Shown: one piece after another, positions 1 to 9,050 of the stretch
Layout: each line of letters opens with the position of its first letter
Position numbering within the stretch: the stretch's first letter is position 1
Source: an uncultured Pseudomonadota bacterium
GTDB lineage: Bacteria > Pseudomonadota > Alphaproteobacteria > Rs-D84
Length of the DNA: 64,000 nt
Assembly (NCBI GenBank): GCA_902771695.1
Contig: CACXXP010000003.1
Coordinates: 2,640 to 66,639, forward strand
Reading direction: 5' to 3'
Made by a program: the position numbers and the translations under genes
Notes under the pieces: generated by a model
What the model saw: only the letters and a program-made list of their open reading frames with translations
What the model was told of the DNA's origin: nothing
The model's database searches: none

Positions 1-267
1 GGTCCAAGATGGAATTTTGCAAGTGGACGAAGATTTCAAGCATACGGCAAAGTTGGATATACTCTGGATAGTTCTGACGATGTGGACATTGTTGTAGATG
101 GTATCGGCACAAAACAAGCGGTTGCAACAAATACCACAGAATTGGGTATAGGGTTTGATTATCGTGGTGTTGATAACTCTGCGGATATATATTTGGAAAC
201 ATCGTATATTACAGGCACTGATTATTCAGAAATGTCTGGAAATCTTGGTTTGAGATATAGCTTTTAA
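1..267 (+). CDS. Outer-membrane beta-barrel protein, C-terminal fragment (5' end outside window)
   Basis: Frame 1 is open from base 1. The tail has an alternating pattern and ends ...LGLRYSF with a terminal Phe, typical of an OMP beta-signal. Confidence 0.6.
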   Translation, partial: GPRWNFASGRRFQAYGKVGYTLDSSDDVDIVVDGIGTKQAVATNTTELGIGFDYRGVDNSADIYLETSYITGTDYSEMSGNLGLRYSF

Positions 268-444
268 TAATATATCGTAATCTATGCTGGCTACACGCAA
301 ACCATAACAATTTATATTCGTTTTTGTGCCGAAATCTGTTGTTTTTCAAATACAGTAATAACTTGGTTTCAATGCCTGTACCTATCCTATGTCCTGGATT
401 TGATAAAAACAAAAAAATGCCCCAAATGGGACATTTTACATTAC

Positions 445-534
445 TGGCGGATGGTGAGGGATTCGAACCCCCGGACGAGTTACCCCGTCAGCGGTTTTCA
501 AGACCGTCGCATTCGACCACTCTGCCAACCATCC
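445..534 (-). tRNA. tRNA-Ser (anticodon UGA), CCA encoded
   Basis: The reverse complement folds as a cloverleaf: acceptor GGATGGT/ACCATCC, anticodon loop CTTGAAA, long variable arm, T-loop GGTTCGAATCC, 3' GCCA. Confidence 0.9.
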
Positions 535-604
535 GAAACAGTCAGTGCCAACCAGCACCACAGACGCAATATTATAGCATTTTTTTCCAAAACGCAACTA
601 TAAA

Positions 605-1267
605 CTAATGTTGTTTTTTCTTTTCGCGAATTTGCCGTTTTAATTCGTTCATGCGTTCTTGGTTGTCCCACCATTCTTGGCATATTTGCGCAAATTCTTT
701 TATGGTGCAATCTGGCCCTTCGTCAGTTATTTTACCAAGGTCAAAGGATTCCAAAAAACATTCAAAGTTGTTTTCCTTGTTCGCATCATTAAATGCGTAG
801 ACATGTCCTTGGGAACATATAACATCCAATGGTGCCAATTCTTCGTCCGGAACCCCCAATATACCGATAACATCAAAGAATTTAGTAAGTGGCATATCTG
901 GTTTAATAGGAAATAGCATTTTTACATATTGATATTCCAAACTGGTTTCGCCGGCAAGTGCCTGGAAATATGGGGTCAGAACTTTGTTCAATTCAGCCAA
1001 TTCTTTTCTGCTGAAAAACAATCTCATGGTATATTTTTTATCTATACGGTCATAATATTTTTCCTGGGCAATATTGAACATTTTATAATTGGCTTCGGAC
1101 AAAGAATCGTATGTACGTTGCATGGCACGCAATTCTTTATTTGGTTTCTTGCCCTTTTGGGTGTTCTGGGCCGATAGAGAAGGGGCATTAAACATAAAAT
1201 TCGCACCAATCCCCAATACAGCCAGTAATGTAATTAGACGCTTTTTATTTGTATTATTTTGTTTCAT
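605..1267 (-). CDS. Hypothetical secreted protein (N-terminal signal peptide)
   Basis: 220-aa ORF with a hydrophobic N-terminus (LITLLAVLGIGANF...SAQ). No recognisable domain. Confidence 0.6.
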   Translation of the reverse strand: MKQNNTNKKRLITLLAVLGIGANFMFNAPSLSAQNTQKGKKPNKELRAMQRTYDSLSEANYKMFNIAQEKYYDRIDKKYTMRLFFSRKELAELNKVLTPYFQALAGETSLEYQYVKMLFPIKPDMPLTKFFDVIGILGVPDEELAPLDVICSQGHVYAFNDANKENNFECFLESFDLGKITDEGPDCTIKEFAQICQEWWDNQERMNELKRQIREKKKQH

Positions 1268-1325
1268 GTGTATATCCTATTTTTACAGCACCGCCCATTA
1301 TACAATAAAAAATTGGGAAGCAAAT

Positions 1326-1356
1326 GAAAAAAAATCCGCCAAATTGGCGGATTTTA
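1326..1356. terminator. Bidirectional intrinsic terminator hairpin downstream of gap
   Basis: Hairpin ATCCGCC-aaatt-GGCGGAT flanked by an A-run and a T-run. Confidence 0.6.
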
Positions 1357-1359
1357 TAA

Positions 1360-2358
1360 TTATAACAATTTGCCCATGGCAACGGCGGTATCACTCATGC
1401 GGTTAGAAAAGCCCCATTCGTTATCATACCATGCGGTCACATGAACCAATTTGTCGCCCAAAACGCGTGTCTGGGTGGAATCAAAAATAGAACTGTGTGC
1501 ATCATGCGTAAAATCAACCGACACCAAAGGCAATTCATTGTAGCCAAATGTCGCAGATGTAGATGCACGCATTGCATCATTAACTTCTTCTGCAGTCACA
1601 GATTTTTTCAGATTTACCACCAATTCAACAACCGATACATCGGGTGTTGGAACACGCATTGCGATGCCGTCCAGTTTGCCTGCCAAATTTGGTAATACCA
1701 AACCAATGGCCTTGGCGGCACCGGTGCTGGTTGGAATCATGGACAATGCGGCCGCACGTGCACGACGAAAATCTTTGTGATTTTTATCCAACAATTGTTG
1801 ATCGCCGGTATACGCATGAACAGTTGTCATCCATCCAGATTCAATGCCAAATTGTTTGTCCAAAACCGCAACAACAGGCGCCAAGCAATTCGTTGTGCAT
1901 GATGCGTTTGATACAATAATGTCTTGTTTGGTCAGTGTATCTTGGTTTACACCAAACACAATTGTTTTATCTGCGCCCGCAGACGGTGCCGAAACCAAAA
2001 CGCGCTTTGCACCACAATCAATATGAACGCGCGCTTTGTCTGCCGCAGTAAATAAACCTGTGCATTCCATTACAATATCAATGCCCATTTCGCCCCATGG
2101 CAATTTTGTTGGGTCTTTTTCAGCCAAACATTTAATGCGTTGTTTGCCGACAACAATTGTGTCACCGTCCAATTTTACATCCATTGGTAATTTGCCATGG
2201 ACAGAATCATATTGCAATAAATATGCATTTTGTTCTGCCGGTGCTAAATCGTTTACGGCGACAAATTCAATATCATCACGCCCAGATTCCAAGGCGGCAC
2301 GCAAAACCAAACGGCCAATACGACCAAACCCATTTATTGCGACTTTTACTTTTGACAT
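1360..2358 (-). CDS. gap: Glyceraldehyde-3-phosphate dehydrogenase
   Basis: Motifs INGFGRIGR, active site SNASCTTNCLAP, and WYDNEWG. Confidence 0.95.
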   Translation of the reverse strand: MSKVKVAINGFGRIGRLVLRAALESGRDDIEFVAVNDLAPAEQNAYLLQYDSVHGKLPMDVKLDGDTIVVGKQRIKCLAEKDPTKLPWGEMGIDIVMECTGLFTAADKARVHIDCGAKRVLVSAPSAGADKTIVFGVNQDTLTKQDIIVSNASCTTNCLAPVVAVLDKQFGIESGWMTTVHAYTGDQQLLDKNHKDFRRARAAALSMIPTSTGAAKAIGLVLPNLAGKLDGIAMRVPTPDVSVVELVVNLKKSVTAEEVNDAMRASTSATFGYNELPLVSVDFTHDAHSSIFDSTQTRVLGDKLVHVTAWYDNEWGFSNRMSDTAVAMGKLL

Positions 2359-2438
2359 AATACTTTTCCTTTTGTTGTTGTTTCAGGGCTAATACTAGCA
2401 CTTTATTGTGTAAAATTCAAACCAGAATTTATGCGACC

Positions 2439-2467
2439 TTGAAATTGCGAAAATAGGGCGGTATAAT
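2439..2467 (+). promoter_or_regulatory. Sigma70-type promoter placed for a leaderless miaA transcript
   Basis: TTGAAA-17 nt-TATAAT. The -10 ends exactly 7 nt before the miaA ATG (2475) and there is no SD. Confidence 0.5.
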
Positions 2468-2474
2468 CAAAAAC

Positions 2475-3374
2475 ATGAACAACAAGAAAGCATACATCAT
2501 TACTGGGCCAACCGCATCAGGCAAATCTGGATTTGCACATGCGTTGGCTGTGCGAATTGGTGGGGTTATTATAAATTGTGATAGTGTCCAGATTTATCGT
2601 AATATAGAAAATATATCGGCCAGTCCGTTCGCAAATCGTCCAATTACAGATGAAATAGACGGTGTGCCATACAGATTGTTTTCTGTTTTGCCATTATCGG
2701 AACAAATTAGTGTCGCAGAATATATTAAAATGGCACACCAAGAATATGAAGCGGCAATTGCAATGGGGCGGATTCCGATATTTGTCGGCGGCACGGGGTA
2801 TTACATAAACGGTATTATAAATGGTATCGCAGAAATTCCGGAAATATCGCATGAAAACAGAATGCGTGCACGCGAAATGGTTGCAAATGATTTAGATATG
2901 GCACGCCGTTTGGTGCCGAATTGTACCGCAACCGATCCCCAACGTATTGCACGCGCCGTAGAGGTGTTTTTGGAAACAGGGCGACATCTGAATGAATGGC
3001 AAAATTCTGCGCGCATGGGGGCAATTGAACCAACGCCATTTAGAATTTTGATAAATCCACCATTGGATGTTTTGCATAAACGCATCGCATCGCGTATCCC
3101 AGAAATGATTTCGGGGGGCGCAATTGATGAAGCACAATATATAATTGAAAACAACCTGGATTCACGGCGTGCAATTGGTGCCGAACAATTATGTGCGTTT
3201 TTGCGTGGCGATATAAATCAGGATGCCGCCATAGAAAATTGGATAACCAAAACCAATCAATATGCAAAACGGCAAAGAACGTGGTTCAGGACACAATTCT
3301 CTGCCGATTTCACAATAGATCATATTCCAAATGATAACGATTTAGATGCTGTTACATATGGTGTTCTTTCATAA
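2475..3374 (+). CDS. miaA: tRNA dimethylallyltransferase
   Basis: P-loop GPTASGKS, family-typical length, C-terminal KRQRTWFR motif. Confidence 0.9.
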   Translation: MNNKKAYIITGPTASGKSGFAHALAVRIGGVIINCDSVQIYRNIENISASPFANRPITDEIDGVPYRLFSVLPLSEQISVAEYIKMAHQEYEAAIAMGRIPIFVGGTGYYINGIINGIAEIPEISHENRMRAREMVANDLDMARRLVPNCTATDPQRIARAVEVFLETGRHLNEWQNSARMGAIEPTPFRILINPPLDVLHKRIASRIPEMISGGAIDEAQYIIENNLDSRRAIGAEQLCAFLRGDINQDAAIENWITKTNQYAKRQRTWFRTQFSADFTIDHIPNDNDLDAVTYGVLS

Positions 3375-3948
3375 CGCGGGCGTAATCTGCATCACGTTTT
3401 TGTTTATATTCTGTGATATTTTGATATGTAATTTTGTGTGCGCGTGAACCAACCCCAATCTTTTGGACAACCGAACCATCACTTTGGACTTCGCATATGG
3501 TGCGGGTTGCATCAATTGGTTTTGGTGTAACGATACGTTTCCGTTTGGCTTTTTTCTTGGCGGCTTTGCGATTCTTTTTTGTCGCTTCAACACCATCTAT
3601 CCATTTTGTGAACACACCGTTTAATACCAAACGTGCCGTTGCCTCTTTTTCTTGTTGGTTTTTGCAATTGGCATATTCTTTGGATTTTGAAGTATACACA
3701 GCCAAATACCCGGCGATGTAATTTGCTATTTTTTTACGGAAAACCAAATCCAAATCACCATCTAATAACGACATAAATAACAGAGATTTTGTGATAAGTT
3801 CGGCTTCTATGTCAATCTCGTATGCGCGTTCTTGGCGCCATGATTGCCGGGTTTCTTCAAGTGTTTTGTATGAAATGTGGTTGTTGTACATATACATCGC
3901 GATATAGTCCACATAATCATGTTTAGTTTGTAACAGTTTACGTGTCAT
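3352..3948 (-). CDS. Hypothetical basic protein with a Lys/Arg cluster
   Basis: 198-aa ORF containing KKNRKAAKKKAKRKR. Its 3' end overlaps the miaA 3' end by 23 nt (convergent). Confidence 0.55.
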   Translation of the reverse strand: MTRKLLQTKHDYVDYIAMYMYNNHISYKTLEETRQSWRQERAYEIDIEAELITKSLLFMSLLDGDLDLVFRKKIANYIAGYLAVYTSKSKEYANCKNQQEKEATARLVLNGVFTKWIDGVEATKKNRKAAKKKAKRKRIVTPKPIDATRTICEVQSDGSVVQKIGVGSRAHKITYQNITEYKQKRDADYARVMKEHHM

Positions 3949-4053
3949 AACATTCCCTTTTTGTTGATTTTTTGATGTCTTTATTATGGCACATTATTAT
4001 GATTTGTCAATAAAAATATGTGTAAAACCTAATATTACATTGAAAATGTTAAA

Positions 4054-4791
4054 TTATTTATTTGGATTGTTGCGCAATCTGTAATATTCCCACATTGCTT
4101 CGGGGCCAATATCAGTCAGACGCATTTTGCGACGAACGCGAAAAATTCCGAAAAATTCCCGTTTCAGTGAGCTGAAACGTGCATATTCCCAATCTATGAT
4201 GCCGGTTATTTTCATAGTTTTTGGGTTAACCAATATATTACTGCACATATCACCATGGGTCAAACCAATATCATGTGAATCGCCGGTTTTTGGGCGCAAA
4301 TCGTCTAATTCGGGAAATTTAGAATTGAACATAGTGTATATAATTTGACCAAGTTCCGCCCCGATTTGTCGGCGATATTCATATACTTTCTTGAATGGCA
4401 AAGTCAGTAATACTTTGCCAGGGATAAATTTTGTTTCGTATACGGTGAAGATGCCAATTTGATGAATTTTTATGTTTGGAACCCGAACCGGCAAAACTGA
4501 TCGAACCGCATCTGTTATACGTTTTTCATTGGTGAATTTGGTAACGGAATCGTCTGTTAGATGAAATTTGCGAATTTTATATATCGTGCCGTTTGGGGTA
4601 ATAAAGACCAAACTGCCACCGCCCTTGGCAAGACGAAAATGTCGCCAATTTTGACGTGGAAACGCATGTCGTAATGCCACCAATTTGGCGTGATAATCAA
4701 ATAATTTTTCGCGTCTGAACCATTCACGCCATGCGCGAACCGGTATAAAGCACGACAAGACATAAAGAATGTCAAAAAATGTACGCCACAT
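4054..4791 (-). CDS. Aminoglycoside/choline-kinase-like phosphotransferase family protein
   Basis: Catalytic-loop-like THGDMCSNILVN and IIDWEYA (APH/protein-kinase-like fold motifs). Confidence 0.6.
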   Translation of the reverse strand: MWRTFFDILYVLSCFIPVRAWREWFRREKLFDYHAKLVALRHAFPRQNWRHFRLAKGGGSLVFITPNGTIYKIRKFHLTDDSVTKFTNEKRITDAVRSVLPVRVPNIKIHQIGIFTVYETKFIPGKVLLTLPFKKVYEYRRQIGAELGQIIYTMFNSKFPELDDLRPKTGDSHDIGLTHGDMCSNILVNPKTMKITGIIDWEYARFSSLKREFFGIFRVRRKMRLTDIGPEAMWEYYRLRNNPNK

Positions 4792-4853
4792 ATTTTATAT
4801 ACCTCGATACAAATATTATTGAAACCTATAAAAAAAACAAGTATTTTGTTATC

Positions 4854-7055
4854 ATGTTCAAATCAGGTACTGTTGTAAAAGTTTTAATACCTAATGTTGT
4901 GAATTCTGGGTATGATTATCGTCTTACCGCGGATGCGGATTTGGGGACTTTCGTGCGTGTGACGGTTATGAATCGTCCGTATATCGGTGTTGTTTATGGT
5001 ATCGGCGATAGTGGTTTGAACGCAGATAAAATCAAAAATGTTACAAAAATATTTCCATATAAATTGTCTGTTCCCGATTTGCAATGGATACAAAAAATGT
5101 CTGAATGGACGTTGATGGCACCGGGTGCGGTATTGCGTTTAATTATAAATGTGCCGGACGCGTTTGATGAACCACGTATGGAACAACTGTATGCGTATAA
5201 TACGGAACATGCGGAAACAAAAATCACGGAATCCAGGCAGATGGTCATAGATGCATTTGATTTAAATGACAATGAACCAATGTCTGTATCAGACATACAA
5301 AATATTTCGCATGTTGGACCATCGGTTATCAAAACAATGATTTCACGTGGAATGTTGGTGCCAACATTGTCGCGTAAATTGGTTCAATCTTTTGCATATA
5401 ACTATGCGGATGTTGGTAATATTCAATTAAATGCCGAACAACAAAGTGCTGCCGATAAAATAGGGGCCGATATCGCCAGTGGTGGTTTTTCAGTAAATCT
5501 GTTGGATGGTATCACGGGCAGTGGTAAAACCCAGGTTTACTTTGATGCCGCGTGGCGTGCATATAGTGCGGGCAAATCTGTATTGTTGTTGATGCCGGAA
5601 ATCGCATTAACCGCGCAATTTATAAAACGTTTTGAATCGCGTTTTGGTATGCCACCGGTTGTGTGGCACAGCAATCTGACCGCGGCACGCCGTCGTGATA
5701 TTTGGCGTGGTGTGTTGAACGGCGACATCAGAATGTTGGTTGGCACGCGCAGTGCATTATTCTTGCCGTGGCAAAATTTGGGGCTGATTGTGGTGGACGA
5801 AGAGCACGATTCTTCGTACAAGCAAGAAGATATGGGAAATTATCATGGTCGTGACATGGCGATTTTGCGTGCAAAATTATCTGGGTTCCCGGTTGTATTG
5901 GCCAGTGCCACACCATCCGAAGAAACAATGCATAATATTGAACTGGGGCGCTTTGGGCATTTGGTATTGCGGTCGCGTTATGGTGGCGCCGAATTGCCCC
6001 GTATAGAAACAATAGATTTGCGCGAATACAGACCAACAGAATATAGCATGAATTCTGCAACCGAAGATGTTCGGCCCGGTGCATTGTCGCAAAAACTGTG
6101 TGATGAAATTGCGTCCACGTTGGAAAAACATCAACAAGTTATGCTGTTTATAAATCGTCGTGGTTTTGCACCAATTGTTCAATGCAAAAAGTGTGGTTGG
6201 GTTGCAACATGTGATGATTGTTCGTGTGGAATGACGTATCATAAACGGTTGGGAAAATTACTTTGCCATGTATGTGGCCGTACAATGACATTACCTGAAA
6301 AATGTCCTGATTGCGGAAACGAAGTTTCTATGCGTGGGGCGGGGTTGGAAAAAATAGAAGAAGAGGTTCATGCAAAATTTCCAAATGCCAGGACTGCGTT
6401 GGTTTCCAGCGATACCATTATTTCACGTGGAACATTAGAACGCCTTGTTGCCAAAATGGAATCTGGGGAATTGGATATAATAATTGGAACACAAATTTTG
6501 GCCAAAGGGCATCATTTCCCGAATTTAACATTGGTTGGTGTTGTTGACAGCGATATGGGATTATTCGGAACTGATTTTCGTAGCGCAGAACATACGTTTC
6601 AACAGTTGTTCCAAGTCGCCGGTCGTGCCGGTCGCGGTAAAATTGCCGGTCGTGTTTTATTGCAAACTTACCAACCAGACCACCCAGTGATTAAGGCGAT
6701 ATGTGCCGGAAATCGTGATGAATTTTTACATAATGATATGGATGCACGACGTGCAGCGAAAATGCCACCATTTGGTCAGTTGATTGCTATTATCATAGAA
6801 TCAAAAAAAGAATCAGTTCTAAAACAATTTTGTAACGATTTGGCCATGTGTGCCCCAAACGCAAATGGTGCAAAAATAATGGGACCTGTCATGGCACAGA
6901 TGTACCAAGTTCGTGGCTGGTTCCGTATGCGGTTCTTGGTTGCGGGTGACGAACGTGCGGCGTTGCAACCAATTGTTAAATTATGGATGGCACGGGCGGT
7001 TGTCCCGTCAAATGTTCGGATAAAAATAGATGTGAATCCACAGAACTTTATGTAA
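4854..7055 (+). CDS. priA: Primosomal protein N' (replication restart helicase PriA)
   Basis: Walker A DGITGSGKT, DEEHD box, Cys-rich zinc region CKKCGW..CDDCSC..CHVCG..CPDCG. The ATG at 4854 is preferred over the track start. Confidence 0.9.
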   Translation: MFKSGTVVKVLIPNVVNSGYDYRLTADADLGTFVRVTVMNRPYIGVVYGIGDSGLNADKIKNVTKIFPYKLSVPDLQWIQKMSEWTLMAPGAVLRLIINVPDAFDEPRMEQLYAYNTEHAETKITESRQMVIDAFDLNDNEPMSVSDIQNISHVGPSVIKTMISRGMLVPTLSRKLVQSFAYNYADVGNIQLNAEQQSAADKIGADIASGGFSVNLLDGITGSGKTQVYFDAAWRAYSAGKSVLLLMPEIALTAQFIKRFESRFGMPPVVWHSNLTAARRRDIWRGVLNGDIRMLVGTRSALFLPWQNLGLIVVDEEHDSSYKQEDMGNYHGRDMAILRAKLSGFPVVLASATPSEETMHNIELGRFGHLVLRSRYGGAELPRIETIDLREYRPTEYSMNSATEDVRPGALSQKLCDEIASTLEKHQQVMLFINRRGFAPIVQCKKCGWVATCDDCSCGMTYHKRLGKLLCHVCGRTMTLPEKCPDCGNEVSMRGAGLEKIEEEVHAKFPNARTALVSSDTIISRGTLERLVAKMESGELDIIIGTQILAKGHHFPNLTLVGVVDSDMGLFGTDFRSAEHTFQQLFQVAGRAGRGKIAGRVLLQTYQPDHPVIKAICAGNRDEFLHNDMDARRAAKMPPFGQLIAIIIESKKESVLKQFCNDLAMCAPNANGAKIMGPVMAQMYQVRGWFRMRFLVAGDERAALQPIVKLWMARAVVPSNVRIKIDVNPQNFM

Positions 7056-7060
7056 AGAAA

Positions 7061-8029
7061 CTATACAACCTCGGTCACGGCACGCAGTGAACCATCGCGC
7101 GATAATTGCACGACACGAATCTTTTTCTTCATTTCTTCTATCAATTCTGCGCGGTCGTATGCCGGTTGCGTGTGTAATATACGATCGGCAAATGCGGCAT
7201 AGGCGGCTTCGGCACTTTCTGCATGAATTGTTGTATAAAAATGTTCGTGTCCGGTTCCCAACATTTCCCACATAACCGCCGCATTATCGGTTGATATTTC
7301 ACCGCCAATTATAACATCGGGGGTCATACGAACAACCAAATCCAGCAACCGCGCATAGTTAAAATCGTTTGTTTGTTCGGTACGTGATAATACAAAATGA
7401 ACGCGATTTTTTTGTGGAACGATAACTTCGCGTGCATCTTCAACGGTTATAACACGGCTGTTCTGGTCAATCAGTGTCAGCATGTGATTTAGAAAGGTCG
7501 TTTTCCCAGTGGCTGTGGCGCCACTGATTAAAATAGGACTGCCGTCATTTATGGCAGACATCAATCGGTCGTATGGGTCATCAGGACGATTCGTATCACG
7601 TGGTTTGATACGCATAAGTTGTTCGCCGTGTTTAAGGTGATAGTTTTCAAAAGATGTTTCGGCAACACCGCCACCGCGGATATTAAGTGCAACGCCGCCC
7701 GTCACATCACGTTCATCGTATTGAACGTTCGGCCCAGCAATCGCGCTGAAACGATGATTGCCTGGTAATGTTGCATATACCACGGGCATGCCATGTATCG
7801 GGTCAAATGGACGTTCGTATATGTTTGCGATGGTATGAATCAAATCAACCAGGTATTGTTTTGACAATACCGGTGCGTCATATGCAACCCATGGAACGCG
7901 TGCGCCATGCAGACGCATCCATACTTCACCTTCGTGATTTATGGCGATTTCTTCAACAAAAGACGGTCGGTAAAATTCCGACAGAGGTTTCAGTAAAGAT
8001 TCCAATACAACATTTGTCATCAAAATCAT
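7061..8029 (-). CDS. virB11: VirB11-family type IV secretion ATPase (start uncertain: TTG 8056, ATG 8029 or ATG 8020)
   Basis: Walker A GATATGKTT, VRMTPDVIIGGEI, His-box GHEHFYTTIHA. About 320 aa, typical of VirB11/TrbB. Confidence 0.8.
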   Translation of the reverse strand: MILMTNVVLESLLKPLSEFYRPSFVEEIAINHEGEVWMRLHGARVPWVAYDAPVLSKQYLVDLIHTIANIYERPFDPIHGMPVVYATLPGNHRFSAIAGPNVQYDERDVTGGVALNIRGGGVAETSFENYHLKHGEQLMRIKPRDTNRPDDPYDRLMSAINDGSPILISGATATGKTTFLNHMLTLIDQNSRVITVEDAREVIVPQKNRVHFVLSRTEQTNDFNYARLLDLVVRMTPDVIIGGEISTDNAAVMWEMLGTGHEHFYTTIHAESAEAAYAAFADRILHTQPAYDRAELIEEMKKKIRVVQLSRDGSLRAVTEVV

Positions 8030-8096
8030 TTTATCATAAATCGTCACTTGAATCAAAAGAGTTTATTTGATAAAATCATAAAAAAGAGAGAACGAT

Positions 8097-8654
8097 ATGA
8101 AAAAAATATTTTTACTTTTTTTGTGTTCAACGCTTGCATTTGCGGGCTGTTCAAACGATCAACCGTATAATACGGAAGATTTTGCAAACGGTGGTGAAGA
8201 TGCGCCAATCTATAATGAACGCACCAGCACCTTTATGCAATCGGACAATCCTTTTGCAAATATAGATTCCTATCGGCCGAAAACCGATCTGGAAAAAGAG
8301 CAAATGAGCAAGCGTTGGTCAACATCACGTATGGAAACACGTTGGCAAGAATACAAGGGCGCAATGGTACGCGTTCAGATTTTATTAGGAAACAGTGATT
8401 TGCGCGAAATGCGTTTGCGCTTGATGCAAAATGCCGATGGTATGGATGTTGATGGTGATATTCGCAGTATCTTGGGCAAGGTCGCCGACTATGAAATGAA
8501 ACGTGTTTGTGGCCGTAATGCCGACAGCATTGTTTTGGTTTATGATAACCCATCGTTTGAGGCCACACGGCCAACGCCTTTCTTTGACTATCGTATAGAA
8601 GCCGAAGGCGCAACAATGCGCGAATATGGGTTTAGATGCGTTTTTAACAACTAA
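8097..8654 (+). CDS. Hypothetical lipoprotein
   Basis: Signal peptide with lipobox LAFAGC. No recognisable domain. Confidence 0.65.
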   Translation: MKKIFLLFLCSTLAFAGCSNDQPYNTEDFANGGEDAPIYNERTSTFMQSDNPFANIDSYRPKTDLEKEQMSKRWSTSRMETRWQEYKGAMVRVQILLGNSDLREMRLRLMQNADGMDVDGDIRSILGKVADYEMKRVCGRNADSIVLVYDNPSFEATRPTPFFDYRIEAEGATMREYGFRCVFNN

Positions 8655-8671
8655 CAAAAAGGAAAAAGCAA

Positions 8672-9004
8672 ATGAAAAAGATGTTTGGTGTTTTGGGTGT
8701 ATGCGGTGCACTGTTCTGCGCCGGTTGTGATGCAAGTGATGTGACTGCACAAAATGGGGACACGGTTATAATTGATTTTGCCGGGTTCTTGAACGGTGTC
8801 CAATTTGAAGGTGGTACCGCAAGCGCATTTCCATTGGTATTGGGCAGTGGCCAATTCGTTCCGGGATTTGAAGATCAATTGATTGGTGCCAAAAAAGGTG
8901 AAGAACGTGATGTTAATATCACATTCCCAACACAATATGTTCCAGATTTGGCCGGCAAAGATGTTGTGTTCAAAGTCAAAGTTGTGGACATCAAAAAGAA
9001 ATAA
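8672..9004 (+). CDS. FKBP-type peptidyl-prolyl isomerase domain lipoprotein (resembles the trigger-factor PPIase domain)
   Basis: Lipobox LFCAGC followed by GDTVIIDFAGFLNGVQFEGG...GSGQFVPGFEDQLIGAKKGE...FPTQY...LAGKDVVFKVKV. Confidence 0.75.
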   Translation: MKKMFGVLGVCGALFCAGCDASDVTAQNGDTVIIDFAGFLNGVQFEGGTASAFPLVLGSGQFVPGFEDQLIGAKKGEERDVNITFPTQYVPDLAGKDVVFKVKVVDIKKK

Positions 9005-9021
9005 TTATTTTGTATGATGAT

Positions 9022-9050
9022 AAAACACCGGAATTTTTTCCGGTGTTTTT
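9022..9050. terminator. Bidirectional intrinsic terminator between convergent genes
   Basis: Hairpin AAAACACCGG-aattttt-CCGGTGTTTT. Confidence 0.7.

Noticed and set aside
324-608. Track ORFs 324-608, 400-603 and 498-710 overlapping the tRNA-Ser region
   Set aside because: They run through a well-folded tRNA gene and its terminator, have no RBS and no protein-like features.
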